Assembly (NCBI GenBank): GCA_965112735.1
Contig: OZ218954.1
Span: forward strand, 4,030,001-4,094,000
Reading direction: 5' to 3'
From: Phaeosaccion multiseriatum
Taxonomy: Eukaryota; Protista; Ochrophyta, other classes
Length of the DNA stretch: 64,000 nt
A program made the translations under genes and the position numbers. The stretch's first letter is position 1. Each line of letters starts with the position of its first letter. Under the pieces are notes generated by a model. The model had not been told where the DNA came from. It worked only from the letters and a program-made list of their open reading frames with translations, and did not search any database. Shown piece by piece: positions 1 through 11,100 of this stretch.

Positions 1-334
1 CCAGCCTTGAGTAGTATGCTCACAGACTCAGGACAAGCAGCTGCTGCGGCACAGTGCAAGGCGTAGCTATCCTCTACCCTGGCCCCATGCCCCAGCAGGT
101 ACGACACGATTATGGGTATACTTTCGTTCGATGCATCTCTCTCAGCTACACGGTGGGAACACGCAGCTGCAGCTAAGGGAACAAGGGCATAGGCCTACAC
201 ATCATCTTTGTTCACACCTCCACCCTCCTCCACGAGCTTCTGAACCAAAGCGAAGTGGCCCTTCAATGTAGCTTGGACCAGCGCGGCCCTGCCATGGTCC
301 TCCTCATCACTCATGTCAATGTCCAGCAAACACT
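1..334 (-). pseudogene. Ankyrin-BTB family paralog, disrupted: in-frame TAG, 5' end separated by an insertion, runs off the window start
   Basis: Closely matches 4238-4570 of the intact paralog (LVQATLKGHFALVQKLVEEG...YALHCAAAAACPESVSILLKAG). In-frame TAG at 197-195 (NKDDV*AYALVP). Confidence 0.85.
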
Positions 335-570
335 TTTACTCATCACCGCCGTCGGACAACCCCGCGAAATCCTCTCTTTCTTCCTCTTTAAGGGCCGTTC
401 TTTTTAGTCTCGGCTCGGCACTAAATCACGGCTCGGCACTAAAACGTACGCCTGTGCGTCTTGCCCCGCCCAAGCCACACAACACAGAGTAAGGCCGGAA
501 GAGGAGCGAAAGGGAAACTCAAGCCAAGCCTGTTGCCAACCAGTCCAGTCGAGAACAACAAGCAACGACG

Positions 571-1857
571 ATGAGCGCACTCGAGGAGCAGCGTAGGGTG
601 CTAATGGCCCTCTTCTTGGCCACGGGCGGCGAGAGGTGGAGCAACAACAAAGGATGGAATTCGGACTTACCTCTGGAGGAGTGGTACGGGGTGGTCGTGG
701 AGGGCGGGTACGTCCAGGCGCTCCGCCTCTCCGGGAACAGGCTGGTAGGGAAGATCCCGTCTGAGATTGGCGGACTCGGGCGGCTGGCCTATCTAGATCT
801 CTCGCAGAACAGGGACCTTAATGGAAACATTCCGGCGCAGGTAGGAGAACTCCGTGAGCTAACCTATCTGCGGCTCTCCTACTGCGACCTCAGCGGGAGC
901 ATTCCACCGGAACTCGGGAATCTTACTCAGCTGGCCTATCTGGACCTCTCGGATAACAAAGAGCTTAGTGGCAACATTCCGGCGCAGATAGGAGACCTCC
1001 GTGAGCTAACCGAGCTGCGTCTCTCCAGCTGCAACCTCAGCGGGGGTATTCCACCGGAGCTCGGGAATCTTACCCAGCTGGCCTATCTGGAGCTCTCGGA
1101 TAACAAAGAGCTTAGTGGCAACATTCCGGCGCAGATAGGAGACCTCCGTGAGCTAACCTATCTGCGGCTTTTCGGCTGCAACCTCAGCGGGAGCATTCCA
1201 CCGGAACTCGGGAATCTTACCCAGCTGGGCTATCTGAACCTCTCAAGGAACAAGAAGCTTAGTGGAAACATACCGGCGCAGGTAGGAGACCTCGGTGAGC
1301 TAACCGTTCTGGAGCTCTACAGCTGCAACCTCAGCGGGAGCATTCCACCGGAACTTGGGAATCTTACCCAGCTGACCAAGCTTGACATTTCCTTCAACAA
1401 TCTCAGCGGCAAGATACCCTCTGCGCTTGGACTCCTGAGCCAGTTGCTGTCACTCCGTGTTGGCTCGAACCAGCTCCGCGGCCAGCTGCCCTCTGCGCTT
1501 GGAAGTTTGAGCCAGCTTACTGAACTCTCCCTCAGCAGCAACGAGTTACGTGGAACCATTCCGCGAGAGCTTGGAAGCCTCAAATGGCTGCGCAGGCTCA
1601 ACCTCTACCCAAACGACTTCCATGAGGAGAGGTTGGAGCTACATGACCTACAGCAGAGGTGGGCAGCGTACGTCGAGTGGGCGCAGAGTGGGGCTGCCAC
1701 ACCAGCAGAGGCGGCAAGCACCGTGAGAGGTCTGAAAGTGCCGCTGGAAGAACTGAATGCTCTGCAACAGAGGGTGGGAGATTTGATGGCAAGGCTGCAA
1801 GAGAGAGACAATGAGGTGAAGACACTCACAGCGAGACTGCTGCTCCGCGACCCCTGA
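571..1857 (+). CDS. Intronless leucine-rich-repeat protein (N-cap, ~12-13 plant-type LRRs, C-terminal coiled coil), no signal peptide
   Basis: 428-aa ORF. N-cap RVLMALFLATGGERW..NKGW...EWYGV, repeats LxxLxLSxNxLSGxIPxELGNL, heptad tail LEELNALQQRVGDLMARLQERDNEVKTL. Confidence 0.93.
   Translation: MSALEEQRRVLMALFLATGGERWSNNKGWNSDLPLEEWYGVVVEGGYVQALRLSGNRLVGKIPSEIGGLGRLAYLDLSQNRDLNGNIPAQVGELRELTYLRLSYCDLSGSIPPELGNLTQLAYLDLSDNKELSGNIPAQIGDLRELTELRLSSCNLSGGIPPELGNLTQLAYLELSDNKELSGNIPAQIGDLRELTYLRLFGCNLSGSIPPELGNLTQLGYLNLSRNKKLSGNIPAQVGDLGELTVLELYSCNLSGSIPPELGNLTQLTKLDISFNNLSGKIPSALGLLSQLLSLRVGSNQLRGQLPSALGSLSQLTELSLSSNELRGTIPRELGSLKWLRRLNLYPNDFHEERLELHDLQQRWAAYVEWAQSGAATPAEAASTVRGLKVPLEELNALQQRVGDLMARLQERDNEVKTLTARLLLRDP
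784..1371 (+). repeat. Four 147-bp coding tandem units (LRR doublets of 25+24 aa)
   Basis: Unit starts ctggcctatct/ctgggctatct at 784, 931, 1078 and 1225; the next register is at 1372. Confidence 0.9.
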
Positions 1858-2324
1858 CGTGCTACCTGCTACCTGCTCTACCGGCGCATCAGCCGGTCTT
1901 GACCTGCTACCGGCCAGCCGGCCGGACCTGGGCGGCGTCAGTCGGCTTGTTCGGCCAATCCCTCACAGGTAAACTGTCGAGATCTGCACGGGACATTATA
2001 GAGGCGTGAAAGGTATTTTAATTTTAATTAATTAATTAATTAATTAACTAATTAAAAAATAAATTTATATGCATGGTACTGTCCTACAAGTAAGCCCCTC
2101 GGGTAGATGTGTAGGCAGCGGACATCCCCTCCCCACCCTAAGCTCCCTCGGTCCCGCAGGCAGGCTCTCCAGAGGGTAGGAGTACGCAGAGCCCAGCAGC
2201 GTAAGAGTCCGTAGAGAGAGGGAGGGAGGTCCAGGGGGAGGTTAAAGTCACGCCCCATGAGCACCTCCTCTACACCATTGGGCCAAAAGGACCACATGCT
2301 GATTGAAGCGTGGGCCAAAAGCGA

Positions 2325-2520
2325 CCTTCTTCAGCAATGTTGTCCTCTCAGAAAGAGCGTGGAGAGGGGTGCTGTCCTGCCTCCTCTTCAGCGAGTCAAA
2401 GTCGATTGGAGAGCACGGCTGCAAGGACAAGCGAAAGCTCGTCCATACCAACGCCCTTCAGCATCTGCGTGGAGGTGGAATACCCCCACTTGCCTACCCA
2501 CCAGTTTCAGTTTCAGTTTA
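2325..2520 (-). pseudogene. Displaced 5' end and promoter remnant of the disrupted ANK-BTB copy
   Basis: 2352-2458 matches 4642-4749 (ELSLVLAAVL..IDFDSLKRRQD.TPLHAL) with small indels; 2460-2520 matches upstream sequence 4882-4948. Confidence 0.8.
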
Positions 2521-2555
2521 TCAAGACCTTCCTTCCTTTTCCTTTCCTCCCCCCG

Positions 2556-2775
2556 TTTGTACGGAGACTACGGTGGATAGAACCCTCTACGTTCTAGGGT
2601 CGGCGCCCCCCGGGGAGCTGGAGGGAACTCTATAAAGTCAATAAACGCCCACCCACCGCTGCAGCCACCGTGGCACCTTGAGGAGAAAGAGGGGAAAAAA
2701 TAAAAGTCAGCAAAGCCTTTACGAGCTTATGAGCGTATTTATTGAACGCAGGAGGGGGATTATCCAACAGCTCCT
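2556..2775. repeat. 3' flank of the ANK-BTB unit, duplicated at 5018-5237
   Basis: Near-identical ~220 bp (gtttgtacggagactacggtggatagaaccc...) downstream of both genes, defining a ~2.46-kb tandem unit. Confidence 0.9.
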
Positions 2776-4827
2776 CTACGGGCCCTCTCTGCTTCGCTTC
2801 CTCGGCGGCTCGTCGTTCGCCTCCTTGGCCAGCTCGAAGCCGTACAGAGTCATGAGCGCCTTCACCTCCCTCGACATGGCCTCGATGCAGAAGAAGCCCG
2901 CTGCCTGCAGAGCCTGCTCCGCTCTCAACTCGTCAAACAGTTTCACGAGCTCCCTCTTCCTCTTTGCTGATGGCTCACTACTACTCCCACCGTCTCTTCC
3001 GTCACCGCTACCACCGACCGTCTCAGAGCTGCTGCTACTGCTCAGCTGCCCATGGCGCCCTCGGGTAAGCAGGCTCTTGATGCTACCCGTCATGACGAAC
3101 TGCACCACAGCTGCAAAGCCCTTCTCGGTAAAGTCCACTCCGTCAAACGTCACCTCCAACTCGTCCTTGGCCTTGCCCTTGATGCCCATGAAGCCCCGCC
3201 CCGCCGGGTCCAGTATGGTGGGGAGACTGCCTGCCGCCGTATCATGCCTGTCCGGGCCGTCAGAGCTCCCTCCCTCCCCGTCAGTCTTGTTCATCAGCAG
3301 CTCCATGAGAGGTATGTTCAGTGTGTACTGCGTGTCCTTGCTCTTCCCCGTCGTCCTGTCTACCAAGCGCACTCGCACCACACGGCCCTCCTTGGCGGCC
3401 TCCGAGTATGCAGAGCCGGAAGAGATGTGCCCAGCTATGGTGTTGCAAACACGAGCAGCAGATTCGTGTGCAGCTCTTTCTTCGCTCCAGCATGCGGCAA
3501 CGACATCCCCACAATCGCTCTCTCCAGCCAGGGCCATGACTGGCTTGGTGACGGCAGCGCCCATCTCCAGCAGGAGTGCCGCCACCTTCTCCCTTTCTTC
3601 CTTCGATCCTGACCACCCTCCACACCCAAACAGGGCTGGGATGTTGTCGCCCTTTGCAGGAGACAAGCACACCATCAAGGGGCTGCTCCCACCGTCAGTG
3701 AGAGCATCGACCTCAGCCCCAGCCTCCAACAGGAGGTACACAAGCCTCATGCTGCCCAGTGCCGCTGCCAGGTGAAGGGGTGCAATGTTGCCGTCTCGCT
3801 TGGCGTTCACATTGGCTCCCGCGTTGATCAGCTCGGCAGAAGCATCCACCCTCTTGGACGCCAGGGCAGTGTGGAGCGGCGTGTCCTTAATGTGATCAGC
3901 AGCGTCGAGGGAGGCACCGAGGCGTACGAGCGCTTTCACACAGGTGGACTTGCCCTCCATAGCAGCGTCGTGAAGAGGAGTGCGCTGATGATAGTCCTTC
4001 GCGTCCACCTCCAGCCCTCGACGGAAGAGGTCGTCGATGAGTTCACTGTGACCGGCAGCAGCGGCGTGGTGCAGGAGAGAGCGATCGAGCTCGTCCTTCA
4101 CGTTCAAATCCGCTCCTGCCTCTAGCAGCAAGGACAGGGCCTCCAATCTCGCGCTGGTGCTGCCCCCGTTCCCTGTCCCACAGCAGTGCTGGACTGGTGT
4201 GATGTCAAGCTCGTCGTCTGGCTCATTCACCTCGGCCCCAGCCTTGAGTAGTATGCTCACAGACTCAGGACAAGCAGCTGCTGCGGCACAGTGCAAGGCG
4301 TAGCTATGCTCCACCCTGGCCCCATGCTCCAGAAGGTACGACACGATTATGGGGTCACTTTCGTTCGATGCATCCTCATCAGCTCCACGGAGGAAACCCG
4401 CAGCTGCAGCTAAGGGAACAAAGGCATTAAAATCGTCTTTGTTCACATCTGCACCCTCCTCCACGAGCTCCTGAACCAAGGCGAAATGGCCCTTCAATGA
4501 AGCTTGGACCAGCGCGGTCCTGTGATCACCTCCACCTTCTCCTCGTCTCGCATCAATATCCAGCCCACACTCCTTCAGCAACTTCACGCTTCCCCGCATC
4601 TGCAACCCCTTCTCCTCCATGGTGATCTTGTCCATCTCAGCAAGAGCGTGGAGAGGCGTGCCGTCCTGCCTCCTCTTCAGCAAGTCAAAGTCGATCGTGG
4701 AGAGCACGGCTGCAAGGACAAGCGAAAGCTCGTCCACACCAATGCCCTTGTTTCCCCCAATCTCGTTGCTGCTGCTCCCATCACGCCACTCGTGAATCCG
4801 CTGCAGCGCTTCCTCCATAGTCACCAT
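2776..4827 (-). CDS. Intronless ankyrin-repeat protein with C-terminal BTB/POZ-like domain and terminal NLS-like motif (copy 1)
   Basis: About 9 ANK repeats (TPLHxAA..G...V..L...GA). BTB-like EVTFDGVDFTEKGFAAVVQFVMTG...AEQALQAAGFFCIEAM. Ends PPRKRSREGP. ATG at 4827 aligns with the paralog starts. Confidence 0.88.
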   Translation of the reverse strand: MVTMEEALQRIHEWRDGSSSNEIGGNKGIGVDELSLVLAAVLSTIDFDLLKRRQDGTPLHALAEMDKITMEEKGLQMRGSVKLLKECGLDIDARRGEGGGDHRTALVQASLKGHFALVQELVEEGADVNKDDFNAFVPLAAAAGFLRGADEDASNESDPIIVSYLLEHGARVEHSYALHCAAAAACPESVSILLKAGAEVNEPDDELDITPVQHCCGTGNGGSTSARLEALSLLLEAGADLNVKDELDRSLLHHAAAAGHSELIDDLFRRGLEVDAKDYHQRTPLHDAAMEGKSTCVKALVRLGASLDAADHIKDTPLHTALASKRVDASAELINAGANVNAKRDGNIAPLHLAAALGSMRLVYLLLEAGAEVDALTDGGSSPLMVCLSPAKGDNIPALFGCGGWSGSKEEREKVAALLLEMGAAVTKPVMALAGESDCGDVVAACWSEERAAHESAARVCNTIAGHISSGSAYSEAAKEGRVVRVRLVDRTTGKSKDTQYTLNIPLMELLMNKTDGEGGSSDGPDRHDTAAGSLPTILDPAGRGFMGIKGKAKDELEVTFDGVDFTEKGFAAVVQFVMTGSIKSLLTRGRHGQLSSSSSSETVGGSGDGRDGGSSSEPSAKRKRELVKLFDELRAEQALQAAGFFCIEAMSREVKALMTLYGFELAKEANDEPPRKRSREGP

Positions 4828-5237
4828 TACCAACGTATAAAGAGCTGTCGAGGTCGGGTCATTCAAATTTGGTAGAAATGCGCATCTGTGATTTTGCGTG
4901 GAGGTGGAATGCCCCCACTTGGCGTACCCACCAGTTTCAGTTTCAGTTGATTAGCCCATCCGGGGGGGGGGGGGGCGAGTGCTTCAGACCGTAGACCCGC
5001 GCTTGCTGCACGGGGCGGTTTGTACGGAGACTACGGTGGATAGAACCCTCTACGTTCTAGGGTCGGCGCCCCCCGGGGAGCTGGAGGGAACTCTATAAAG
5101 TCAATAAACGCCCACCCACCGCTGCAGCCACCGTGGCACCTTGAGGAGAAAGAGGGGAAAAAATAAAAGTCAGCAAAGCCTTTACGGGCTAATGAGCTTG
5201 TTCATTTAACGCGAGAGGGGGATTATCAACAGCTCCT

Positions 5238-7313
5238 CTACGGGCCCTCTCTGCTTCCCTTCCTCGGCGGCTCGTCGTCCGTCTCCTTGGCCAGCTCGAA
5301 GCCGTACAGAGTCATGAGCGCCTTCACCTCCCTCGACATGGCCTCGATGCAGAAGAAGCCCGCTGCCTGCAGAGCCTGCTCCGCTCTCACCTCGTCAAAC
5401 AGTTTCAACCCCCCCCCCCTCCTCTTTCCTGCCTCTTCACTGCCACTCCCACCATCTGTCTCGGAGCTGCTGTTACTGATCCCACTGATGCCACCCCCGC
5501 TATCCGTGCTCAGCTGCCCATGGCGCCATTGGGTAAGGAGGCTCTTGATGCTACCCGTCGTGACGAACTGCACCACAGCCGCAAAGCCCTCCTCGGTAAA
5601 GTCCACTCCGTCAAATGTCACCTCCACCTCGTCCTTGGCCTTGCTCTTGATACCCATGAAGCCCCGCCCCGCCGGGTCCAGCATTGTGGGGAGACTGCCA
5701 GCAGCCGTGTCATGCCTGTCCGGGCCGTCAGAGCTCCCTCCCTCCCCCTCAGTTTTGTTCATCAGCAGCTCCACCAGGGGTATGCTCAGTGTGTACGGCG
5801 TCTCCTTTCTCTTCCCCGTTGTCCTGTCTACCAAGCGCACTCGAACCACACGGCCCTCCTTGGCGGCCTCAGAGTAGGCAGAGCCGGAGAAATGCCGAGC
5901 CACCGCATTGCAAACACGATCAGAAGCAACTCTTGCTGCGCTTTCTTCGTTCAAGTACTCGACCACGACATCCCCACAGTCACTATCCCCAACCAAGGCC
6001 ATGACTGACTTGGTGACGGCAGCGCCCATCTCCAGCAGAAGTGCCACCACCTTCTCCCTATCTTCTTTCCACCCTAGCAGACGTCTGTACTGATCTTGGT
6101 GGGCGATGAGGGCTGAAGTGTTGTCACAGATTACAGCTGGAGACAGGCACCCCATCAAGGGGCTGAACTCCTTGGTGGTCAGTGCGTCGACCTCAGCCCC
6201 AGCCTCCAACAGGAGGTACGCAAGCCTCATGCTGCCCAGTGCCGCTGCCAGATGAAGGGGCGTAATGTTGCCGTCTCGCTTCGCGTTCACATTAGCTCCT
6301 GCGTCGATCAGCTCGGCCGCAATGTCCATCTTCCCGTACTGCAGGGCACTGTGGAGCGGCGTGTTGTGCGTGGAATCAACAGCCTCGAGGGGGGCGCCGA
6401 GGCGGATGAGCGCCTTTAAGCAGGTGAGCTCGCCTCGGTAAGCAGCGAAGTGAAGAGGAGTGCGCTGAGCAGAGTTCTCCAGATCCACCGCCAGCCCTCG
6501 ACGAACCAGCAAGTCGATGAGTTCACTTTGACCGGCGGAAGCAGCACAGTGCAAGAGAGAGCGTCCGTTCCCGACCCTCGTGTTTACATCAGCGCCTGCC
6601 TCCAGTAGCAAGGATAGGGCCTCCACTCTCTCGCTGGCGCTGCCCTCGTACAGCTCCCGACAGCAGCAAAAAAGGATTGGTGTGACGCCACGTCCTCCAC
6701 TATCTCGCTCATTCACCGCGGCCCCGGCCTTGAGTAGTATCCCCACAGACTCGGGACATCCCGCTTCTGCGGCACGGTGCAAGGCGTAGCTGCCCTCCAC
6801 CCTGGCCCCATGCTTCAAGAGGTACGAAACGATCGCGGGGTTACTTCCCCACCGTGTGTTTCCAAACCTGGAAGGGTCCATACCACTAGCAGCTGCAGAC
6901 AAGGGAACAAGATGAAGACCATTACCACGAAGATAGCATTTGTTCACATCTGCACCCTGCTCCACGAGCCCCTGCACCAAGGCGAAATGGCCCTTCAATG
7001 AAGCTTGGACCAGCGGAGTCATCCCGTATTCCTCTCCTCCTCGTTTTGTATCAATGTCCTGCCCGCAATCCTTCAGCAGCTTCACGATGCCCCGCATCTG
7101 CACTCCCTTCTGTTTTAAGTCACTCTTGTCCATGTCGGCAAGAGCGTGGATAGGAGTGTGCCCTTGCCTGGTTGAACGGGAGTTAAAACCAATGTTTGAG
7201 AGCACAGCGGCCAGAACGAGCGAAAGCTCCTCCACACCGACGTCCTTCCCCTGACTACTCCTCCGATCACGCCACTCTTGGATCCGCTGCAGCGCTTGCA
7301 CCATGGCCACCAT
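5238..7313 (-). CDS. Intronless ankyrin-BTB/POZ protein (copy 2)
   Basis: 691-aa ORF, paralog of 2776-4827 with the same architecture. Confidence 0.88.
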   Translation of the reverse strand: MVAMVQALQRIQEWRDRRSSQGKDVGVEELSLVLAAVLSNIGFNSRSTRQGHTPIHALADMDKSDLKQKGVQMRGIVKLLKDCGQDIDTKRGGEEYGMTPLVQASLKGHFALVQGLVEQGADVNKCYLRGNGLHLVPLSAAASGMDPSRFGNTRWGSNPAIVSYLLKHGARVEGSYALHRAAEAGCPESVGILLKAGAAVNERDSGGRGVTPILFCCCRELYEGSASERVEALSLLLEAGADVNTRVGNGRSLLHCAASAGQSELIDLLVRRGLAVDLENSAQRTPLHFAAYRGELTCLKALIRLGAPLEAVDSTHNTPLHSALQYGKMDIAAELIDAGANVNAKRDGNITPLHLAAALGSMRLAYLLLEAGAEVDALTTKEFSPLMGCLSPAVICDNTSALIAHQDQYRRLLGWKEDREKVVALLLEMGAAVTKSVMALVGDSDCGDVVVEYLNEESAARVASDRVCNAVARHFSGSAYSEAAKEGRVVRVRLVDRTTGKRKETPYTLSIPLVELLMNKTEGEGGSSDGPDRHDTAAGSLPTMLDPAGRGFMGIKSKAKDEVEVTFDGVDFTEEGFAAVVQFVTTGSIKSLLTQWRHGQLSTDSGGGISGISNSSSETDGGSGSEEAGKRRGGGLKLFDEVRAEQALQAAGFFCIEAMSREVKALMTLYGFELAKETDDEPPRKGSREGP

Positions 7314-7878
7314 AATAACGCCTTATAGGGGGAAATATACTTCGGGGAGGCCAGCGGAGGATTTGGCATCTGTGATTTTGCGGGTTGAATGTTGAATGCC
7401 CCCACTTGGCGGCTCGCCCTCCTCTTTCGGGTAGAGCAATGTACGATATCAGTAACGCGTTCAGCCTACCCTGGGACGGTAATGGCCTCGACAAAATGTG
7501 GCACAAAATGTGGCACAAAAGGGGGCCCGTCGGCCCTCGCCCCACGCCCTCCCCCTCGGCCCCGGTGGGAGCGAAGTGGCGCAATCCATACGATACTCGC
7601 GTGACAACAAGAATAATATGTAGCAGTGAAGGACACTGACGTGTAGCCGCACGATCACAAGTGGGTGCACGGTTTGGATCTCCGTGGAGTACGCGCAGAA
7701 ACTTCGATACAGTGTCCCATTTGTGGGTGTTCGATATAATATCGAGATACTCTACATTGTATTGATCTTAAGCTCACATCAACCACAAAGATCAAAGACA
7801 TGAAATACATTTCTTCTCCCTTCCTCTTTTCACCCACCTCCTGACCACCTCTGACTCTGCAAACAAATACACCGCCAT

Positions 7879-8030
7879 ACACTCATTCACTCACTCACTC
7901 ACTCACTCACTCACTCACTCACTCACTCACTCCCTCACTCACTCACTCACGCGCTCACTCACTCCCTCCCTCCCTCCCTCACTCACTCACTTACTCACTC
8001 ACTCACTCAGTCACACACACACACTACACT
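7879..8030. repeat. (ACTC)n / (AC)n microsatellite
   Basis: Direct reading. Confidence 0.9.
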
Positions 8031-8175
8031 CATATTCCGCCCAAAGCAGCACCAAAAAGAAGCCCCATTGACCCATTGAAGTAGTCACTCGACTATTATC
8101 CCCCCCCAAGGGGAGGGATTCAGTCTCGAGCACGCCGACATTCTACGTCGAACAAACACATCGATATTCTTTTGG

Positions 8176-11100
8176 CTATCTCGACACTGAGCCCGACACC
8201 AGGTCCTTCTTGTTGATGAGAGTGCCCCCGCTCTTGACGTAGCACACACCGCTGGCGTAGTCATATGTGAAGGTGGAGCATCTGTCTTCTTCATGACACA
8301 CCTCGCAGCACTGCGGCACGAGGAAGGAGGTGGGGGAGGGGGGAAGGGGGGGGGGAAGCAGAGGGGGGGAGGGAGGGGAGGAGAGACAGAGACTGAGACA
8401 AAGACAGAGAGAGAGACTGCGACTGGGACAAAGACAGAGACAGAGAGAGAGACAGAGGCGACTGCCTGGACCGAGCAAGCACACCAGTCGGAGTCAAGAG
8501 GCAGAATGCGAAGGATGCGGCTCTGCCCCTATGCCTTTAATATAAATCAGTCCCTGCCTCGATGTCTCCAAAGGTGTCACTTCCACTCCGCCGAGAAGAC
8601 ACACTCCCCCAGACTGGCACTGAAACTGACACTGGCACGAACTGGCACTGAAACTGCCCCGGAAACAAAGAAACTGACACTGGCCATTGTTACGATACCT
8701 CCAGATGGTCTGCGGCGAGAACGTAGAGGATGTCGGCTCCCTTGTAGTCGAAGCCGATCTTCATGTCTTTGCAGTGCCTGGTGTCGGGGGCTGGGAGGAA
8801 GGGAGGAGAGGGGAGAGAGGGAGGCAGGGAGGGAGGGAGGGAGAGGGGTGTTTAGCAGTGTATTTAAGCTGTGACGAGAAGCCTCTTCAGGCCGGTGTCA
8901 GAGGGGAGGGGGAGGGCGATTAGCCGAGTCTGTCCTCCATGATTCCCATATGCTGACAGTTTTCATGTTCAAGTGGGTGGGTAGCTGCGGTGAGCTGTCT
9001 GCTTACCTGTCTTGGGCATGAGCACATTGGGCCTCCCCTGAAGACCCAAAGACAAGCAGCGACAGCAACAGCGAGGAGCAAGGGAGAGGAGAGGGCAGGA
9101 GGGCGAGAATAAAAGGCACAAAAGGCGCAGCAAACGGGCGTTGAGAGGCAGGGGTGTGAGAAAGGTGAGTCAGATTTCCCCCCCCCCCCGATTGACTATT
9201 GACTACAGACTAACGACTAAAGATTACAGACTGCAGACGCTTCGTTCGGCTCATAAGGTAAGGTGTGGTCCTTGTGAGAGCAAACGCGAGTTGCGATGTG
9301 TTGTTTCTGCTTTGACGTTCCTCCCACTTCCCTTTGTCTACCCATCCCTTCCCTTGTCGTTTCTCTCCTATCCTCTCCCCTCCTCTCTTCTCTTCTCTTC
9401 TCTTCTCCTGTCCCCCGTTCTCCCCTCCTCTTCCTCCTCTCCTCGCCTCTCCTCTTTTCTTCTCTTCTTTTCTCTCCTCTCCCCTCTCTCCCCTCCTCTT
9501 CCCTCCCCTCCTGTCCTCTCCTCTCCCCCCTTCTCCCCTCTTCTCGCCTCCCTCTCCCTTTCTCTGCTCTCCCCTCCTCTCCTCTCCTCTCCCCTCCTCT
9601 GCTCTCCTCCGCTGGTCCTGACACCTCTTACCGAGCAGCGCCCCTCGGGTTCTGAGGAGCAGTCGTAGGCAGTGAGGCGAGCAACACGCATGGGCTCGTA
9701 TCCGAAGGCGGCCAGGCCACGCTCTCCTGCTCAGGAGGTGATGGCAGTGGATGGGGAGTGGAGGGAGGGAGAGAAGGACGGACGGAAGGAGGGAGGGCGG
9801 GGAGAGACGGAGGGACGCAAGGAGGGAAAGAGGGAAATTACAGGGAAGGAGGGAGGGAGTGAGGACAGGGCCGTGGATCGATCGAGCTGCTTCCGACCAC
9901 CGCGGATGGCAGTGGATGGGATGAACCAGACGAGTCCCTTACGTAAGCCCTTACGTACCGTAGCGCTGCAGCTCCTTGCCCAGGGCGGGGTCCTGCTGCA
10001 CCTTGGCCTTCCACTTGCCGAAGCGCTGAAGGGCAGGGCGGGTATGGCAGTGGATGGGGAGGGGGGGGGGGGGTGGTGGTGCTGGTCATGGACTATACGC
10101 GGTGGTTACCCTGTGTTGTGCGATTAAAGGCTGTATTGTGCGTGGGCAGAGAGAGACAGAGAAGAGAAAAGAGGGAAGACAGCGCGCGTCTATGCGTACG
10201 CCCCTGCCCCTACCCCTGCCCCTGCCCCTCGTCCTACCCCTCATTCCAAACTGCCTGACGCCGGCCTCCTGTTGCTCGAGTGCGGCTCTGACCCAAACCC
10301 CCTCCCTCCCCCCTCCCCTCTCCTCCCTCCCCTCCCTCCCTCCTCTCCCACCACCTCTCCTCCCTCCCCTCCCTCCCCCCCTCCCCTCCTCCCTCCTCAC
10401 CTCCCCCCAAACGCCCCACCCACCTGAGTGACTCCAGCCTTGCCGTTTCTTGAGTGCGATCCCATGTCCCGATTGGCCTCGTGGGCGATGCAGCACAGCG
10501 CTTCGTCAGAGAGTCCTGACCCCACGAACTCGGAGACGTCCTTCAGAGCCGCGAACTGGACATGCCATTGACATATTTGCACATTCATTGACATATTGGG
10601 ATGGTATTGCATGAGGCAGGGGTGCATGTGTGCATGGTGGGTGGATCTCCCTCCCTTCGTCCTTCCCTCCCTCCCTCCCTCCCTCCCGCCCATAAACCTC
10701 TAACATACCCATATACCTTGGTAACGGGGTCGCTGAGGAGGTCTTCTGTGTGTAGGAGCAAGTAGTCGAAGCTGCTGCCGTCCCTGCGCTGCTTGGCCCA
10801 CTCGAACAGGTCGACGTTCCACTCGTTCCACAGACGCATCGCCTTGGTCTCCTTGCGCAGGTGCCCTGTGCACACGCGTACACATACGCACGCACGCAGA
10901 GAGAGAGAGAGAGACGCGTATGGGCAGATACGGACAGTCAGACACACACACACGCGTACACGTGCAAGGTGGAACGGAGCACAGATTCACTCTACGGGCA
11001 GGCGTCATATGCCACGAACTTGTATCACCAACTGCTGCACGTAAACTTACCTTGCTGAGGGAAGTTGATGTCGTAGAACTTCTCCACAGGGCTTTGATTG

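Noticed and set aside
2678-3775. Long plus-strand ORFs opposite the ANK-BTB genes (also 5287-5877 and 35079-35660)
   Set aside because: Antisense shadows of GC-rich coding sequence.
4985-5018. Small GC hairpin followed by CTGA on the minus strand, like a Helitron 3' end between ANK units
   Set aside because: No following T, no matching 5' TC end identified, and absent from the equivalent junction at about 2520-2555.
9141-9668. Overlapping Pro/Ser/Leu- or Arg/Glu/Gly-rich ORFs (similar ones at 11.4, 12.4, 32.8 and 47.5 kb)
   Set aside because: Translations of intronic CT/GA/AC microsatellites.
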